NCBI GenBank assembly: GCA_017545585.1
Contig: JAFWMK010000017.1
Coordinates: 7,323-71,322, forward strand
Reading direction: 5' to 3'
DNA: 64,000 bases
Origin: Candidatus Saccharimonadota bacterium
GTDB taxonomy: Bacteria; Patescibacteriota; Saccharimonadia; Saccharimonadales; Saccharimonadaceae
Shown one piece after another: positions 8,717-20,968 of the stretch (its first letter is position 1; each line of letters starts with the position of its first letter). Below the pieces are notes generated by a model. That model saw only the letters and a program-made list of their open reading frames with translations. It searched no databases and was not told the DNA's origin. Both the position numbers and the translations under genes were made by a program.

Positions 8717-8736
8717 ATTTCAAGTTATATTTCAAG

Positions 8737-11513
<2,777 letters not shown>

Positions 11514-11533
<20 letters not shown>

Positions 11534-12392
11534 TCTCAAGCCTTTCAATGCGCTTTTCAAGTGGCGGATGTGTGCTAAACAAATTATTGAAAAATCCTTT
11601 CCTTAAAGGATCGTTAATATACATCGAAGCCTGAGCTGAATTCTGATTTTTCATCGGCTGACTATGCGACTGCAATTTTTTAAGTGCCTCAATCATCCCC
11701 TCGGGATATCTTGTAATATTTACTGCCGAAGCATCAGCCAAATATTCACGTTCCCGCGAAACCGCCATCTGCGCTATTGCCGCACAAAATGGCGCAAAGA
11801 TCGCCGCAAGCACTATTAATATATATGCCACCGGACTTCCTTCGTTATCCCTTTTGCGATTACCATAAAACATCATCCGCATCGCAATATCCGAAATTAA
11901 TCCTACCACACACACTAGACCAAACACAATCATACTCACTCGAATGTCGTAATTTTTTACATGCGACATCTCATGCGCCATCACCGCAGTAAGTTCTTTG
12001 TCATTCATAATACCAAGCAATCCCGTCGTAGCTGCCACCACTGCATGTTCAGGATCACGCCCAGTCGCAAAAGCGTTTGGCGCCGAATCTTCAATTAAAT
12101 AAACTTTTGGCATTGGAAGCCCCGTAGTAATCGACAAATTCTCTACCACGTTATAAAGTCTCGGATTGTCCTTCTTTTCGATCTCATTCGCTCCCGCCAT
12201 CATCGTCGCCACCGATCCAGCCGCAAAATACTGAATCAACGCATAGACAATCGAGACTAAGCTTACCCATAGCAGTACCCACCAATCGTTCAGAAAATAA
12301 GCTACTACCGCTGCAATTGCCATAATGAGAGCCACAAAAACTATCATTATTACAATAGTTCGTCTTTTATTTTGTGCTATTTGCTTATACAT
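11514..12392 (-). CDS. htpX: M48 zinc metalloprotease HtpX
   Basis: PNAFATG, HEMSH, SREREYLAD, STHPP. Confidence 0.95.
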
Positions 12393-12401
12393 TGATCTGA
12401 A

Positions 12402-12980
12402 TTAGAATTTTACTTCTGGCGCATTATCAATTTTAGTTTTCTCAGCTTCAGAAACTTCAAAGTAATCACGCTTTTTGAAATGACCAAACATGTTATTAAT
12501 GATATTGGTCGGGAAAGTCTTAATCTTAGCGTTAAGCTCTTTACAACCAGAATTATAAAATCTTCTAGCCGCCTGAATCTTATCTTCTACATCCTGAAGT
12601 TGCGATTGTAATTTCACAAAATTTTCATTTGCTTTAAGCTCTGGATAAGCTTCTGCAATTGCAAAAATTTTACCAAGCGCCGCTTGCATTTCGCCTTCAG
12701 CCTCAGCTGCAGCTTTTACGGTTTTAGCCCCCATCGCTGCAGACCTAGCCTGAGTCACCATTTCAAAAGTTTCTTTTTCGTGTTTAGCGTAGCCCTTTAC
12801 AGTTTCTACTACGTTCGGAATCAAATCTGCACGATACTTGAGTTGAACGGTAATATCGCTCCAAGCCTCATCTACTCTTTCATTAGTTCTAACTAGACCA
12901 TTATAAGTCCCCGCAATAATTGCGATAATCAAAAATATCACAACTACTATTACTATTGCTATAATTGCTCCTACGGGCAT
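12402..12980 (-). CDS. lemA: LemA family protein
   Basis: YNGLV, RADLIPN, EAYPELKAN, ARRFYN; start MPVGA after GGAG. Confidence 0.95.
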   Translation of the reverse strand: MPVGAIIAIVIVVVIFLIIAIIAGTYNGLVRTNERVDEAWSDITVQLKYRADLIPNVVETVKGYAKHEKETFEMVTQARSAAMGAKTVKAAAEAEGEMQAALGKIFAIAEAYPELKANENFVKLQSQLQDVEDKIQAARRFYNSGCKELNAKIKTFPTNIINNMFGHFKKRDYFEVSEAEKTKIDNAPEVKF

Positions 12981-13139
12981 TTTTCCACTCCTTATGTTAT
13001 ATACATCTATTATATCACAAAATAGCATATATCGTTACCACAAAAAACGCACTATCTTAACTCATCTCGCCGCTACTATTTTAGTAGTAACTGGCATTTA
13101 TCTCGTAAAAACCTAATCTATGATATAATAATAGTACAT

Positions 13140-13213
13140 GGTGCTTTGGCGGAGTGGTTACGCAGCGGTCTGCAAAACCGCGTACACCGGTTCAATTCCG
13201 GTAGGCACCTCCA
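13140..13213 (+). tRNA. tRNA-Cys(GCA)
   Basis: GCGGT-CTGCAAA-ACCGC anticodon arm, U73 discriminator, CCA. Confidence 0.95.
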
Positions 13214-13262
13214 AAAAAACTTTCATATTTTATACAAATATGATATAATTAATTTACAACGT

Positions 13263-13339
13263 GCGAATGTAGCTCAGTTGTTTAGAGCGCTTCCTTGCCA
13301 AGGAAGAGGTCGAGAGTTAGAGTCTCTTCATTCGCACCA
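13263..13339 (+). tRNA. tRNA-Gly(GCC)
   Basis: GCGAATG/CATTCGC acceptor, CTTCC-TTGCCAA-GGAAG arm, CCA; atypical T-loop TTAGAGT. Confidence 0.92.
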
Positions 13340-13350
13340 TTTTTGTTGCG

Positions 13351-13415
13351 TTATTAGCAATTAGTTATTTTTTTATTTTTTCACCAAAGCGAACAAATTA
13401 ACTAATTGCTAGTAA
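13351..13415. repeat. Inverted repeat (17-bp arms) downstream of tRNA-Gly
   Basis: TTATTAGCAATTAGTTA ... TAACTAATTGCTAGTAA. Confidence 0.6.
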
Positions 13416-13460
13416 TAAAAAAATATGCTACAATATAACCATAAACGAGATAAAACAAAC

Positions 13461-14444
13461 ATGGACACCAACATATTACTTCAAATTTTACTTCTCGTCG
13501 GCGGTTTTGTTGTTTTAATCAAAGGCGCAGACTGGCTTGTAGATGGCGCTTCTAGTGTTGCCTCAAATTTCAAAGTTTCCAAACAACTCGTCGGTCTTAC
13601 CATTGTGGCTTTTGGCACTGGTGCTCCAGAACTTGCTGTTTCCATTACTTCCATGGTAGGTGGCAATACCGATATGCTCCTTGGCAACGTCATGGGTAGT
13701 AATATTATTAATATTTTACTTCTTATCGGCGTAGCCGCACTCATTAGTCCTATCAAAATCAACAAAAACACCATCTCAAAAGAACTTCCACTACTATTAC
13801 TTACCACCCTTGGTTTAGTTTTTCTGTTTCTAGATACTACCATTTCTGGTGCCAACGAAAACTGGATTACCAGAAGTGATGGTCTCGTTTGTGTCTTATT
13901 CTTTGCCATTTTCCTTTATTACATTATCGCTATGACCAGGAAAAACAAAAAAGAAAAACATAAAGTCGAAAAACCGAAATGGAAACTCGGCAAATCTTTC
14001 TTATTTGTAATACTTGGTCTTGTCGGTGTAGTTGGTGGTAGTCAGCTCGTAGTAAGTTCCGCCTCCAGTATCGCTTCCGTCATCGGCATTTCCGATCGCA
14101 TCATCGCTCTCACCGTAGTTGCTTTTGGTACTTCGCTCCCAGAACTCGTCACCACTATTACTGCAGCCCGTCGCCACGAAAACGAACTCTTAGTTGGCAA
14201 TATTATTGGTAGTAATATTTTCAATATTTGCATCGTACTCGGTCTTCCAGTTGCCATTTTCGGCGGAATTAGACCAGAAAGTTTTGAAATGTTAGATGTT
14301 ATTATGATGGTCGTTTCCGCTGCCCTTCTCTGGCTCGTCGCTCGTCGTGGCAGCCCTATTAGCAAAAAAGAAGGTTCCCTTATGCTTATTGTCTTTGCTA
14401 TCTATTACGGCTATATTGTTGCCAACGCTCTCACCGCCATCTAA
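13461..14444 (+). CDS. Calcium/sodium antiporter (YrbG, CaCA family)
   Basis: Two alpha-repeats GTGAPE...GNVMGSN and GTSLPE...GNIIGSN. Confidence 0.93.
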   Translation: MDTNILLQILLLVGGFVVLIKGADWLVDGASSVASNFKVSKQLVGLTIVAFGTGAPELAVSITSMVGGNTDMLLGNVMGSNIINILLLIGVAALISPIKINKNTISKELPLLLLTTLGLVFLFLDTTISGANENWITRSDGLVCVLFFAIFLYYIIAMTRKNKKEKHKVEKPKWKLGKSFLFVILGLVGVVGGSQLVVSSASSIASVIGISDRIIALTVVAFGTSLPELVTTITAARRHENELLVGNIIGSNIFNICIVLGLPVAIFGGIRPESFEMLDVIMMVVSAALLWLVARRGSPISKKEGSLMLIVFAIYYGYIVANALTAI

Positions 14445-14450
14445 AACTAA

Positions 14451-15428
14451 TTACTTTTCAATTTTTTTAATCAAAATCTTATTATTCTTCGCAAGAATAG
14501 CAGCCTTTTCGATCAAAGCTCCCACCTTTTCCTGATCGGACTTTTGTTTAGTATCGTCAAAAGCCTCCTGTTGTCGTTTCAAATCACCATAAAAGCCAGT
14601 GCCTTTCGCCGCATTCCAAAAAATCTTTTCGCCTGGTACATTTTTATAATGCCACGGCTTATTAAATAAATTAAAATGCACCAGCTTTACCTTTTTATCA
14701 AATTCCGCCGTCGGCTCCGCATTCCATTCCGACCCAAAATGCCCAATCTGCCCCCGGAGAATCACGTTCAGATAATCCTGATCCGGCGCCACTAGATCTG
14801 CATCATATTTTTTAATCATTTCCACCATCGAAGACAGATATTTACATTTCCGCATCTTTCTAAGATCCATCAGCATTACTCCATCATTTACATATTCTTT
14901 ATGCGGCACCCCAAGAGCTTTTTCTACATAATCTCGGAATTCCTTGATTGTCTCCACCTTTGGATCCACCATTGCCATCACTACATTTTCACCTAGTTCC
15001 ATATCAAAAAGCTCACCAATATCACCTCTAAGAATCGTATCGCTATCTATATAAACCGCTTTCTCATACCGCGGAAATAATAGAGGAATAAAAAATCGAT
15101 AAAAATACACCGCTTTAGAGAAAAAATCTCCCATTCCTTTACGCTTAGCCACATATTTTATTACTATTCTTAGATACAAACTATTCGTAATTTTTTTAAA
15201 TTGTATCGCACAGTTTTTTGTCACCAAACTTCTAAATCGCAAGCGACTTGCGAAGCTCAGTCCATCATGAAGAATTATCACCCGATAATAACGTTTTTTA
15301 TCGGAATGTTGAAAAAGCGAATGTATCGCTGCCGCTGCATACGGCGCATAATCATTATTAATTGTGATAAAAACCGGCACTACCTTAGTTAGCTTATTAA
15401 TCGGAAGCCCCGTATTAAAAATACTCAT
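14451..15428 (-). CDS. Glycosyltransferase family 8
   Basis: YRFFIP, YIDSD, YVNDGVMLMDL, DQDYLN, VHF..KPW. Confidence 0.92.
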   Translation of the reverse strand: MSIFNTGLPINKLTKVVPVFITINNDYAPYAAAAIHSLFQHSDKKRYYRVIILHDGLSFASRLRFRSLVTKNCAIQFKKITNSLYLRIVIKYVAKRKGMGDFFSKAVYFYRFFIPLLFPRYEKAVYIDSDTILRGDIGELFDMELGENVVMAMVDPKVETIKEFRDYVEKALGVPHKEYVNDGVMLMDLRKMRKCKYLSSMVEMIKKYDADLVAPDQDYLNVILRGQIGHFGSEWNAEPTAEFDKKVKLVHFNLFNKPWHYKNVPGEKIFWNAAKGTGFYGDLKRQQEAFDDTKQKSDQEKVGALIEKAAILAKNNKILIKKIEK

Positions 15429-15430
15429 AC

Positions 15431-16267
15431 TTACTTTATTTTATCAGATTTCTTAATATATTTAAAGTATTCATAGGTATTCTTCTTGGCATATTTTTTC
15501 ATACTTTCGTAAACTTTTTCTGCCAGCATATCTTGATTCTCTTCCGCGCTAAGTTTTGGATCCGGCCAAAATGGTCCATCTATATAAATGTCCATTCGCG
15601 GCAAAGTTCGTTTTGAATTTTTCCGTCTATGATATGTCGTCGTCATCGAAAATACCGGCAAATTATTCCTCACCGCATATTTAAATGATTTTCCACCCGC
15701 CGGAAACTTTCGAATCGTAGTTGCATACGGCCACACATGTGCCTCCGGATAAATCACGATTACCTTTTTCTGTTTTACCAATCTCGTATCTACCGCTTCA
15801 TTCATCGCTTTTTTCTCAGCAGCATTAGTCCCTAGCGGAATTCCACCAATCATCGGAAGAAACGGCCCAATACCTGGGATTTTCAGATTCACTGCCGAAA
15901 TTACCGTATAAATTTTCCGATCCGCCGCTAGTGCCGGCCCAAACACGTCATGGAATGGATTTGTATGATTACAGTACATCACATAACCTTTTCCACGCGC
16001 TTTTTTTAATTTTTCTCTACCATAAAATTTCGCCTTCCAATACCTTCTTTCATACCACTGCCCAAACACCCAAAACACAAAGAAACAACACCGAGCGTAA
16101 AATCTCACCAAAGGATTCTTCGGGATATATTCATAACCCTCTGGCAAAGTGATTTTTTCTTTTTTCTCCTGCCCTTCAGTTTTGATCGGATCGTCTTCTT
16201 CAGACTCATAATAGAATACCCGCTCATTTTCTGGAATATCTTTCTGGAACAACTCCGCTTTTGCCAT
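15431..16267 (-). CDS. Lysophospholipid acyltransferase (PlsC/LPLAT family)
   Basis: NHTNPFHD (HxxxxD), IYPEAHVWP. Confidence 0.85.
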   Translation of the reverse strand: MAKAELFQKDIPENERVFYYESEEDDPIKTEGQEKKEKITLPEGYEYIPKNPLVRFYARCCFFVFWVFGQWYERRYWKAKFYGREKLKKARGKGYVMYCNHTNPFHDVFGPALAADRKIYTVISAVNLKIPGIGPFLPMIGGIPLGTNAAEKKAMNEAVDTRLVKQKKVIVIYPEAHVWPYATTIRKFPAGGKSFKYAVRNNLPVFSMTTTYHRRKNSKRTLPRMDIYIDGPFWPDPKLSAEENQDMLAEKVYESMKKYAKKNTYEYFKYIKKSDKIK

Positions 16268-17088
16268 TACAAATTCTCCTTGTATTTATTATACTCCTCA
16301 AAAATATCGTCATAATCATGAATTTTCAAAACTTTATGAACTTTTTCAATTTCGAACGGTTTTACTTTTTGTACATGGAAAAATGGTAAAAATTTAAAGT
16401 TATTCGAAAAATGATGCAGCACCGTATTTTTATCCGGCCTCTCCCTCTGATCGTTATATTTTAAAGGCATAATTTTTCGTCTTTTAATTGATTTATTCAG
16501 CGCTGCTTGGTCTGCTAGCATCATCCATCTTTTCCCACAAAGAAAAACCGCTTTTTCAAACATTCCGGTTTTAATGCATTCTTTCATATTAAATAACATT
16601 ACACCAGAATTCATATAATCCTGTTTGAATAGTCCATTATAATGATAAAATCTTCGTCCGTAGATATCGAGCACCCCAGCCGCTTCAAGTCCATTCATGT
16701 CCATATTGTAAAATTCTGAAATATCTTTTCGGCATACTACGTCATAATCCAAGTACAAAATCCGATCTAGCCTAGCAAGCTCTGGAATTTTATCCGCATA
16801 AAGCCTAAGCATCGAACACGGCGTAAAATAAGAACCCATGTTCTTACTCGGCAAATTCTTTACAAACACGTCCGTCGCATCAATCAATTTTACAAAATTT
16901 TTTGGACTCTTTGCTCGTACAATTTTATCAAGATACGCCGCCGTTTTTCGAGTAAACGGTTTTACATCTTTGTATTTAATCGTCAAAATATAAATTTCAA
17001 GCGGCTTCACATTATTTTTTAGCAGCGACAAAATCGAAATCAACACCCCACGAGAAATCCCCTGATCACCACAATACATTATATTCAT
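16267..17088 (-). CDS. Glycosyltransferase family 8
   Basis: LRLYAD, LYLDYD, YMNSGVMLFN, DQAALN; start MNIMY. Confidence 0.9.
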   Translation of the reverse strand: MNIMYCGDQGISRGVLISILSLLKNNVKPLEIYILTIKYKDVKPFTRKTAAYLDKIVRAKSPKNFVKLIDATDVFVKNLPSKNMGSYFTPCSMLRLYADKIPELARLDRILYLDYDVVCRKDISEFYNMDMNGLEAAGVLDIYGRRFYHYNGLFKQDYMNSGVMLFNMKECIKTGMFEKAVFLCGKRWMMLADQAALNKSIKRRKIMPLKYNDQRERPDKNTVLHHFSNNFKFLPFFHVQKVKPFEIEKVHKVLKIHDYDDIFEEYNKYKENL

Positions 17089-17104
17089 ATATCTATTATA
17101 CAAC

Positions 17105-17129
17105 AAAATGGTAGCCGGAACGGGACTTG
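17105..17129 (-). repeat. Duplicate of tRNA-Leu(TAA) 3' end
   Basis: AAAATGGTAGCCGGAACGGGACTTG identical to 17176-17200. Confidence 0.9.
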
Positions 17130-17179
17130 CCCGCGAAGCACCACAGTCCCTATTTTTTGAGTTCTTTGCTCTCAAAAAA

Positions 17180-17264
17180 TGGTAGCCGGAACGGGACTTG
17201 AACCCGTACGGATTGCTCCATTCGATTTTAAGTCGAACGCGTATACCAATTCCGCCATCCGGCC
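17180..17264 (-). tRNA. tRNA-Leu(TAA)
   Basis: GGCCGGA/TCCGGCT acceptor, TTCGA-CTTAAAA-TCGAA arm, long variable arm, CCA. Confidence 0.95.
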
Positions 17265-17285
17265 ACCTCTATATATTATACCACA

Positions 17286-18056
17286 TTAGCTCAGGAAATG
17301 CACCGCTTCTGTCGCGGCCACCGCACCATCCGCAGCCGCTGTCACCAGCTGCCGCAAATCTTTCGTTCTACAGTCTCCTGCCACAAACACGCCAGTACAC
17401 GATGTATGGCAATCTTCACCAGCTACAATATATCCACGAGCATCTATCTCCACAATTTCTTTTGCGCATTCCGTTGCTGGAATTCGCCCAATCGCTACGA
17501 ATATCGCTTCTGCATCTTCAGGAATCTTTTCGTCATGATGAATATTGTAAACTTCCGAACAAATCCCCTTAAGGTATTTTATTTCATGTTCCGCACTATT
17601 ACCATGCCCTACCACTACCACTTTTTTACCTTTGTAAAGTGCTCCATCACAAGTTGCACAATAAGAAACTGGGCGCTTCCCGGCGTCTTTCATCATCTCA
17701 TCGCTCAGTTTTCGCGGATCTGTCCCCATTGCTAGTATCACCGCTTTTGCTTTAAATTTTTCATCCATATCACCAAAAATCTCAAACCCATCCTTAGCCT
17801 TCACGATTTTTTCTACATTCACATAGTCAATTTCCGCGCCCAACTCTTCCGCCTGTGCTTTAATTTTTCGAATCAGCTCTACACCAGTTACGCGCATATC
17901 GCCAGGCCAGTTTTCAATATTAATCGTATTAATAATCTGCCCACCTTCCATTTTGCCTTCCAGAACAATCGCGGATTTTCCAGCTCGCACCGCATAAATT
18001 GCCGCCGTTAGTCCCGCAATTCCCGCCCCCACTATCACGATATCATACTCTTTCAT
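17286..18056 (-). CDS. trxB: Thioredoxin reductase (shortened, 256 aa)
   Basis: GAGIAG, GGQ, SYCATCDG, GHGNSA, FVAGD, RQLVTA. Confidence 0.88.
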   Translation of the reverse strand: MKEYDIVIVGAGIAGLTAAIYAVRAGKSAIVLEGKMEGGQIINTINIENWPGDMRVTGVELIRKIKAQAEELGAEIDYVNVEKIVKAKDGFEIFGDMDEKFKAKAVILAMGTDPRKLSDEMMKDAGKRPVSYCATCDGALYKGKKVVVVGHGNSAEHEIKYLKGICSEVYNIHHDEKIPEDAEAIFVAIGRIPATECAKEIVEIDARGYIVAGEDCHTSCTGVFVAGDCRTKDLRQLVTAAADGAVAATEAVHFLS

Positions 18057-18308
18057 TTACACCCCCACAAATTTCTCAAGTTTCTTTAACGGCATCACCC
18101 CCACTTCACGCTTCACTTCTTCACCATCTTTCAAAACAACAAGACACGGAATTGAAGACACGTCATATTTATCAGCCAATTCCTCTTCCTCGTCTATATT
18201 GATAGAAGTTACTTTTACTTCCGGATGTGCTTTCTCAAATTCTTCAATCGTAGGTTTCAACATTTGACATGGCCCACACCAATCCGCATAAAAATCTAAA
18301 AGTTCCAT
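18057..18308 (-). CDS. trxA: Thioredoxin
   Basis: FYADWCGPC, SIP. Confidence 0.95.
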   Translation of the reverse strand: MELLDFYADWCGPCQMLKPTIEEFEKAHPEVKVTSINIDEEEELADKYDVSSIPCLVVLKDGEEVKREVGVMPLKKLEKFVGV

Positions 18309-18317
18309 ATTTCTCCT

Positions 18318-18863
18318 TTAAATTAATTCTTTAATTTTTGCTTCAAAATCTGCTGGAATATCCGTTGGCCCAAATCTCCCCACCACCTTACCATCACGAT
18401 CTACCAAAAACTTTGTAAAATTCCATTTGATAAATCCTTTTTCTTTACTCACTCCAGGCATTTTTGAAATCGCTTTCATTGCAAGTTTATTCTTCATGCC
18501 TTTCGGCTCCGGATCTTCACTGATCTCTTCCTTGAGATAAACCCAAAGCGGCGAAGCTTCATCACCATTTACCTCAACCTTGTCTAGTTGGTCAAACTGA
18601 GTCTTATATTTAGCAGTACAAAATTCATGAATTTCATCATTATCTCCAGGCGCCTGATGCCCAAACTGATTACAAGGAAAATCCAAAACTTCAAACCCCT
18701 TGTTATGCAGCTCTTCGTATATTTTTTCAATTCCTTCATACTGCGGCGTAAACCCACACCCCGTCGCAGTGTTTACAATCAGGAGCACCTTTCCTTTATA
18801 GTCTTCCATTGAAATTTCTTCACCTTTGCGATTTTTAATTTTAAAATCATATATACTTGCCAT
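18318..18863 (-). CDS. Glutathione peroxidase family protein (Cys-type)
   Basis: NTATGCGFTPQY, FPCNQF, WNFTKFL. Confidence 0.95.
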   Translation of the reverse strand: MASIYDFKIKNRKGEEISMEDYKGKVLLIVNTATGCGFTPQYEGIEKIYEELHNKGFEVLDFPCNQFGHQAPGDNDEIHEFCTAKYKTQFDQLDKVEVNGDEASPLWVYLKEEISEDPEPKGMKNKLAMKAISKMPGVSKEKGFIKWNFTKFLVDRDGKVVGRFGPTDIPADFEAKIKELI

Positions 18864-18890
18864 AATTAACTCCTTTTTATAATTATATCA

Positions 18891-18925
18891 AAAAACCGCA
18901 CTATACAACACATAGTACGGTTTTT
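18891..18925 (-). terminator. Terminator after rplY
   Basis: AAAAACCGCACTAT...ATAGTACGGTTTTT. Confidence 0.7.
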
Positions 18926-18929
18926 AAAA

Positions 18930-19622
18930 TTATTCAGCCTTCTTTTCGCCGCCATCAGAAGCTTCGCCTTCTGCTGGCTTTTCACCATTCTCAGATGGCA
19001 CATCTGCTGCGTCCACTTCAGGTTTCTCAGCTTCAGCTTCACGCGCTGCCGCTTCTGCTGCTGGATCATAAAGCGATGCTACTACCTGATCACCACTCAT
19101 TTCTTTATCAGCAAGCTCCACACCGTAAGGCAAAACGATATCAGACAAAACTAACTTATCATCTACGTCTTTAAGACCGGATGCATCTACGGTAAGTTCT
19201 TTTGGAAGATCTGCCGGCTTTGCCTTCACGTCGATTTCTTCAAGCGCTTGAGTCATTGCAAAATGATAAATCTTCGATGCTTCGCTCGCTTCAAAGTTCA
19301 CGATTACGATTGGAGTAGTTGCTTCTACCGCCGCGTCTGCAGATACCGCTTGGAATTCTACATTCACGATCTTGCGAGTCACCGGATCAAGCTGCACATC
19401 TTTTACGATTGCAAGTTGTTTCTTGCCAGCGATATCAAGATCAATCGGTGAGTGATAGCCAGCCTCATTCAATACTTTCTCCGAAGCTACATATTCAGAT
19501 GAAGTATTGATTGGCTCGCCTTCGCCATAAACCACCGAAGGAATCATTCCAGAAGCTCTCAAAGCCTTCAATTTTTTCCCAGTTACTTCACGCTTTTCAA
19601 GCGTCAAACTATATTCAGCCAT
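18930..19622 (-). CDS. rplY: 50S ribosomal protein bL25 (CTC-type)
   Basis: LRASGMIPSVVYG, KDVQLDPV, C-terminal beta domain with acidic tail. Confidence 0.93.
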   Translation of the reverse strand: MAEYSLTLEKREVTGKKLKALRASGMIPSVVYGEGEPINTSSEYVASEKVLNEAGYHSPIDLDIAGKKQLAIVKDVQLDPVTRKIVNVEFQAVSADAAVEATTPIVIVNFEASEASKIYHFAMTQALEEIDVKAKPADLPKELTVDASGLKDVDDKLVLSDIVLPYGVELADKEMSGDQVVASLYDPAAEAAAREAEAEKPEVDAADVPSENGEKPAEGEASDGGEKKAE

Positions 19623-19673
19623 TATTTTGTCCTTTTTTCTACTTAACTTCTTGTAATTATATCACATTTATAA

Positions 19674-20114
19674 TTATTTGCCAATCACTTTTACCATCGC
19701 CGGCCTCAAAACCTCCCCCTCATACAAATATCCCGGCCTCAAAGTTTCAGAAATCACCTGTGTCTCCCCTTCGCCTTCCGTCATCACCGCCTCATGTAAA
19801 TCTGGATTAAACTCTGTATCTACATCCGAAGAAATTTTAGTAAGTCCTAATTCCTTTAAACTTTTTTCCAAAGTCTTAGCCAGCGGAGCAAGCTCAGGAT
19901 AAGTCGCAATCGCTCTATCAAAATCGTCCACAAGTGGCAAAAATTTTATTATTGTCGCAAGCTTTACGGCCTTTTTCTCATTCTCCTTTTGCGCATCTAT
20001 TTGTTTACGATAATTTTCAAAATCTGCCCGTGTCCTCTGGAGATCGTTCAAAAGTTCCGCCTTTTCCGCCTCAATCTTTTCAAGTTCTGCATTTACTTTT
20101 GTATCTTTTTTCAT
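19674..20114 (-). CDS. grpE: Nucleotide exchange factor GrpE
   Basis: RADFENYRK, FNPDLHEA, GY...LRPAMV. Confidence 0.95.
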   Translation of the reverse strand: MKKDTKVNAELEKIEAEKAELLNDLQRTRADFENYRKQIDAQKENEKKAVKLATIIKFLPLVDDFDRAIATYPELAPLAKTLEKSLKELGLTKISSDVDTEFNPDLHEAVMTEGEGETQVISETLRPGYLYEGEVLRPAMVKVIGK

Positions 20115-20123
20115 GTTCCTCCT

Positions 20124-20849
20124 TTATTTTAAAAACTCCCGATTCAAAGTCTCTTCTAACATCTGCCCAGCATATCTTACTAATGCCATCACTCGCATGT
20201 AGTTTTGCCTTGTTGGCCCCAGCACTCCAATATAGCTCCGATCCGAAAATGGCGACACAAACTTGGAAATAATAAGAGATACCTCAGAATTTTTACCAAT
20301 TGGATTTTCGTGCCCGATAAAAATATTAAGAGCCTCACCCGGCGCCGCTTCCCTTAGCCACGGCTCAAGATTATCAAGTAATTTTGCTACTGCTTGCACT
20401 CGATTCGTATCCATAAATTCCGGCTGCATAAACAGTCTCGAAATCCCCGAAAGATAAAGTTGCCCATCTACCGTTGCGAGCCCAAGATTACCAGTAAGGT
20501 CCACCAAAGAGTCTACCGCTCCCCTAATTGCCGCATCCGCTCTAGATTGCGAACTCACTCGTTTTTCTAGAGCATACATTCCTCGATCTTCAGCCTCATC
20601 CTCATGATCATTCATCGCTAGGTTATTTACATAATACCGATATCCCGCATCCGTCGGTACCCGCCCCGCCGAAGTGTGCGGTTGTGCAATCAAACCCATT
20701 GTCTCTAGCCTTGCCATCTCCGCCCGAATCGTTGCCGGCGACACGCCAAAAAGCTTCGCCATCGTCATACTCCCCACTGGCGATGCCGTTTCTGCATATT
20801 CCTCTATTATCTGCGCCAAGATTTTCTCTTGTCTATCGGTAATATCCAT
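20124..20849 (-). CDS. hrcA: Heat-inducible repressor HrcA (short form)
   Basis: PVGS, SPATIR, PHTSAGRVPT..GYRYYV, GVLGPTR.NY. Confidence 0.95.
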   Translation of the reverse strand: MDITDRQEKILAQIIEEYAETASPVGSMTMAKLFGVSPATIRAEMARLETMGLIAQPHTSAGRVPTDAGYRYYVNNLAMNDHEDEAEDRGMYALEKRVSSQSRADAAIRGAVDSLVDLTGNLGLATVDGQLYLSGISRLFMQPEFMDTNRVQAVAKLLDNLEPWLREAAPGEALNIFIGHENPIGKNSEVSLIISKFVSPFSDRSYIGVLGPTRQNYMRVMALVRYAGQMLEETLNREFLK

Positions 20850-20866
20850 ACTTATATTATACAAAA

Positions 20867-20893
20867 TTAGCACTCAAAATGCAATAGTGCTAA
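20867..20893. promoter_or_regulatory. CIRCE operator (HrcA site)
   Basis: TTAGCACTC-N9-TAGTGCTAA (one mismatch) directly upstream of hrcA. Confidence 0.92.
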
Positions 20894-20896
20894 TTT

Positions 20897-20944
20897 ACAC
20901 CATATCTAGCGTTTTAACAAAAAAGCATACACCACATCTAGCGT
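20897..20944. promoter_or_regulatory. Tandem NrdR-box-like sites
   Basis: ACACCATATCTAGCGT and ACACCACATCTAGCGT, 32 bp apart. Confidence 0.6.
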
Positions 20945-20968
20945 ATCTAACCCACTATATATTATATG

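Noticed and set aside
18318-18863. Selenocysteine Gpx or UGA recoding (code 25)
   Set aside because: The active site is Cys, and conserved genes are full length under code 11.
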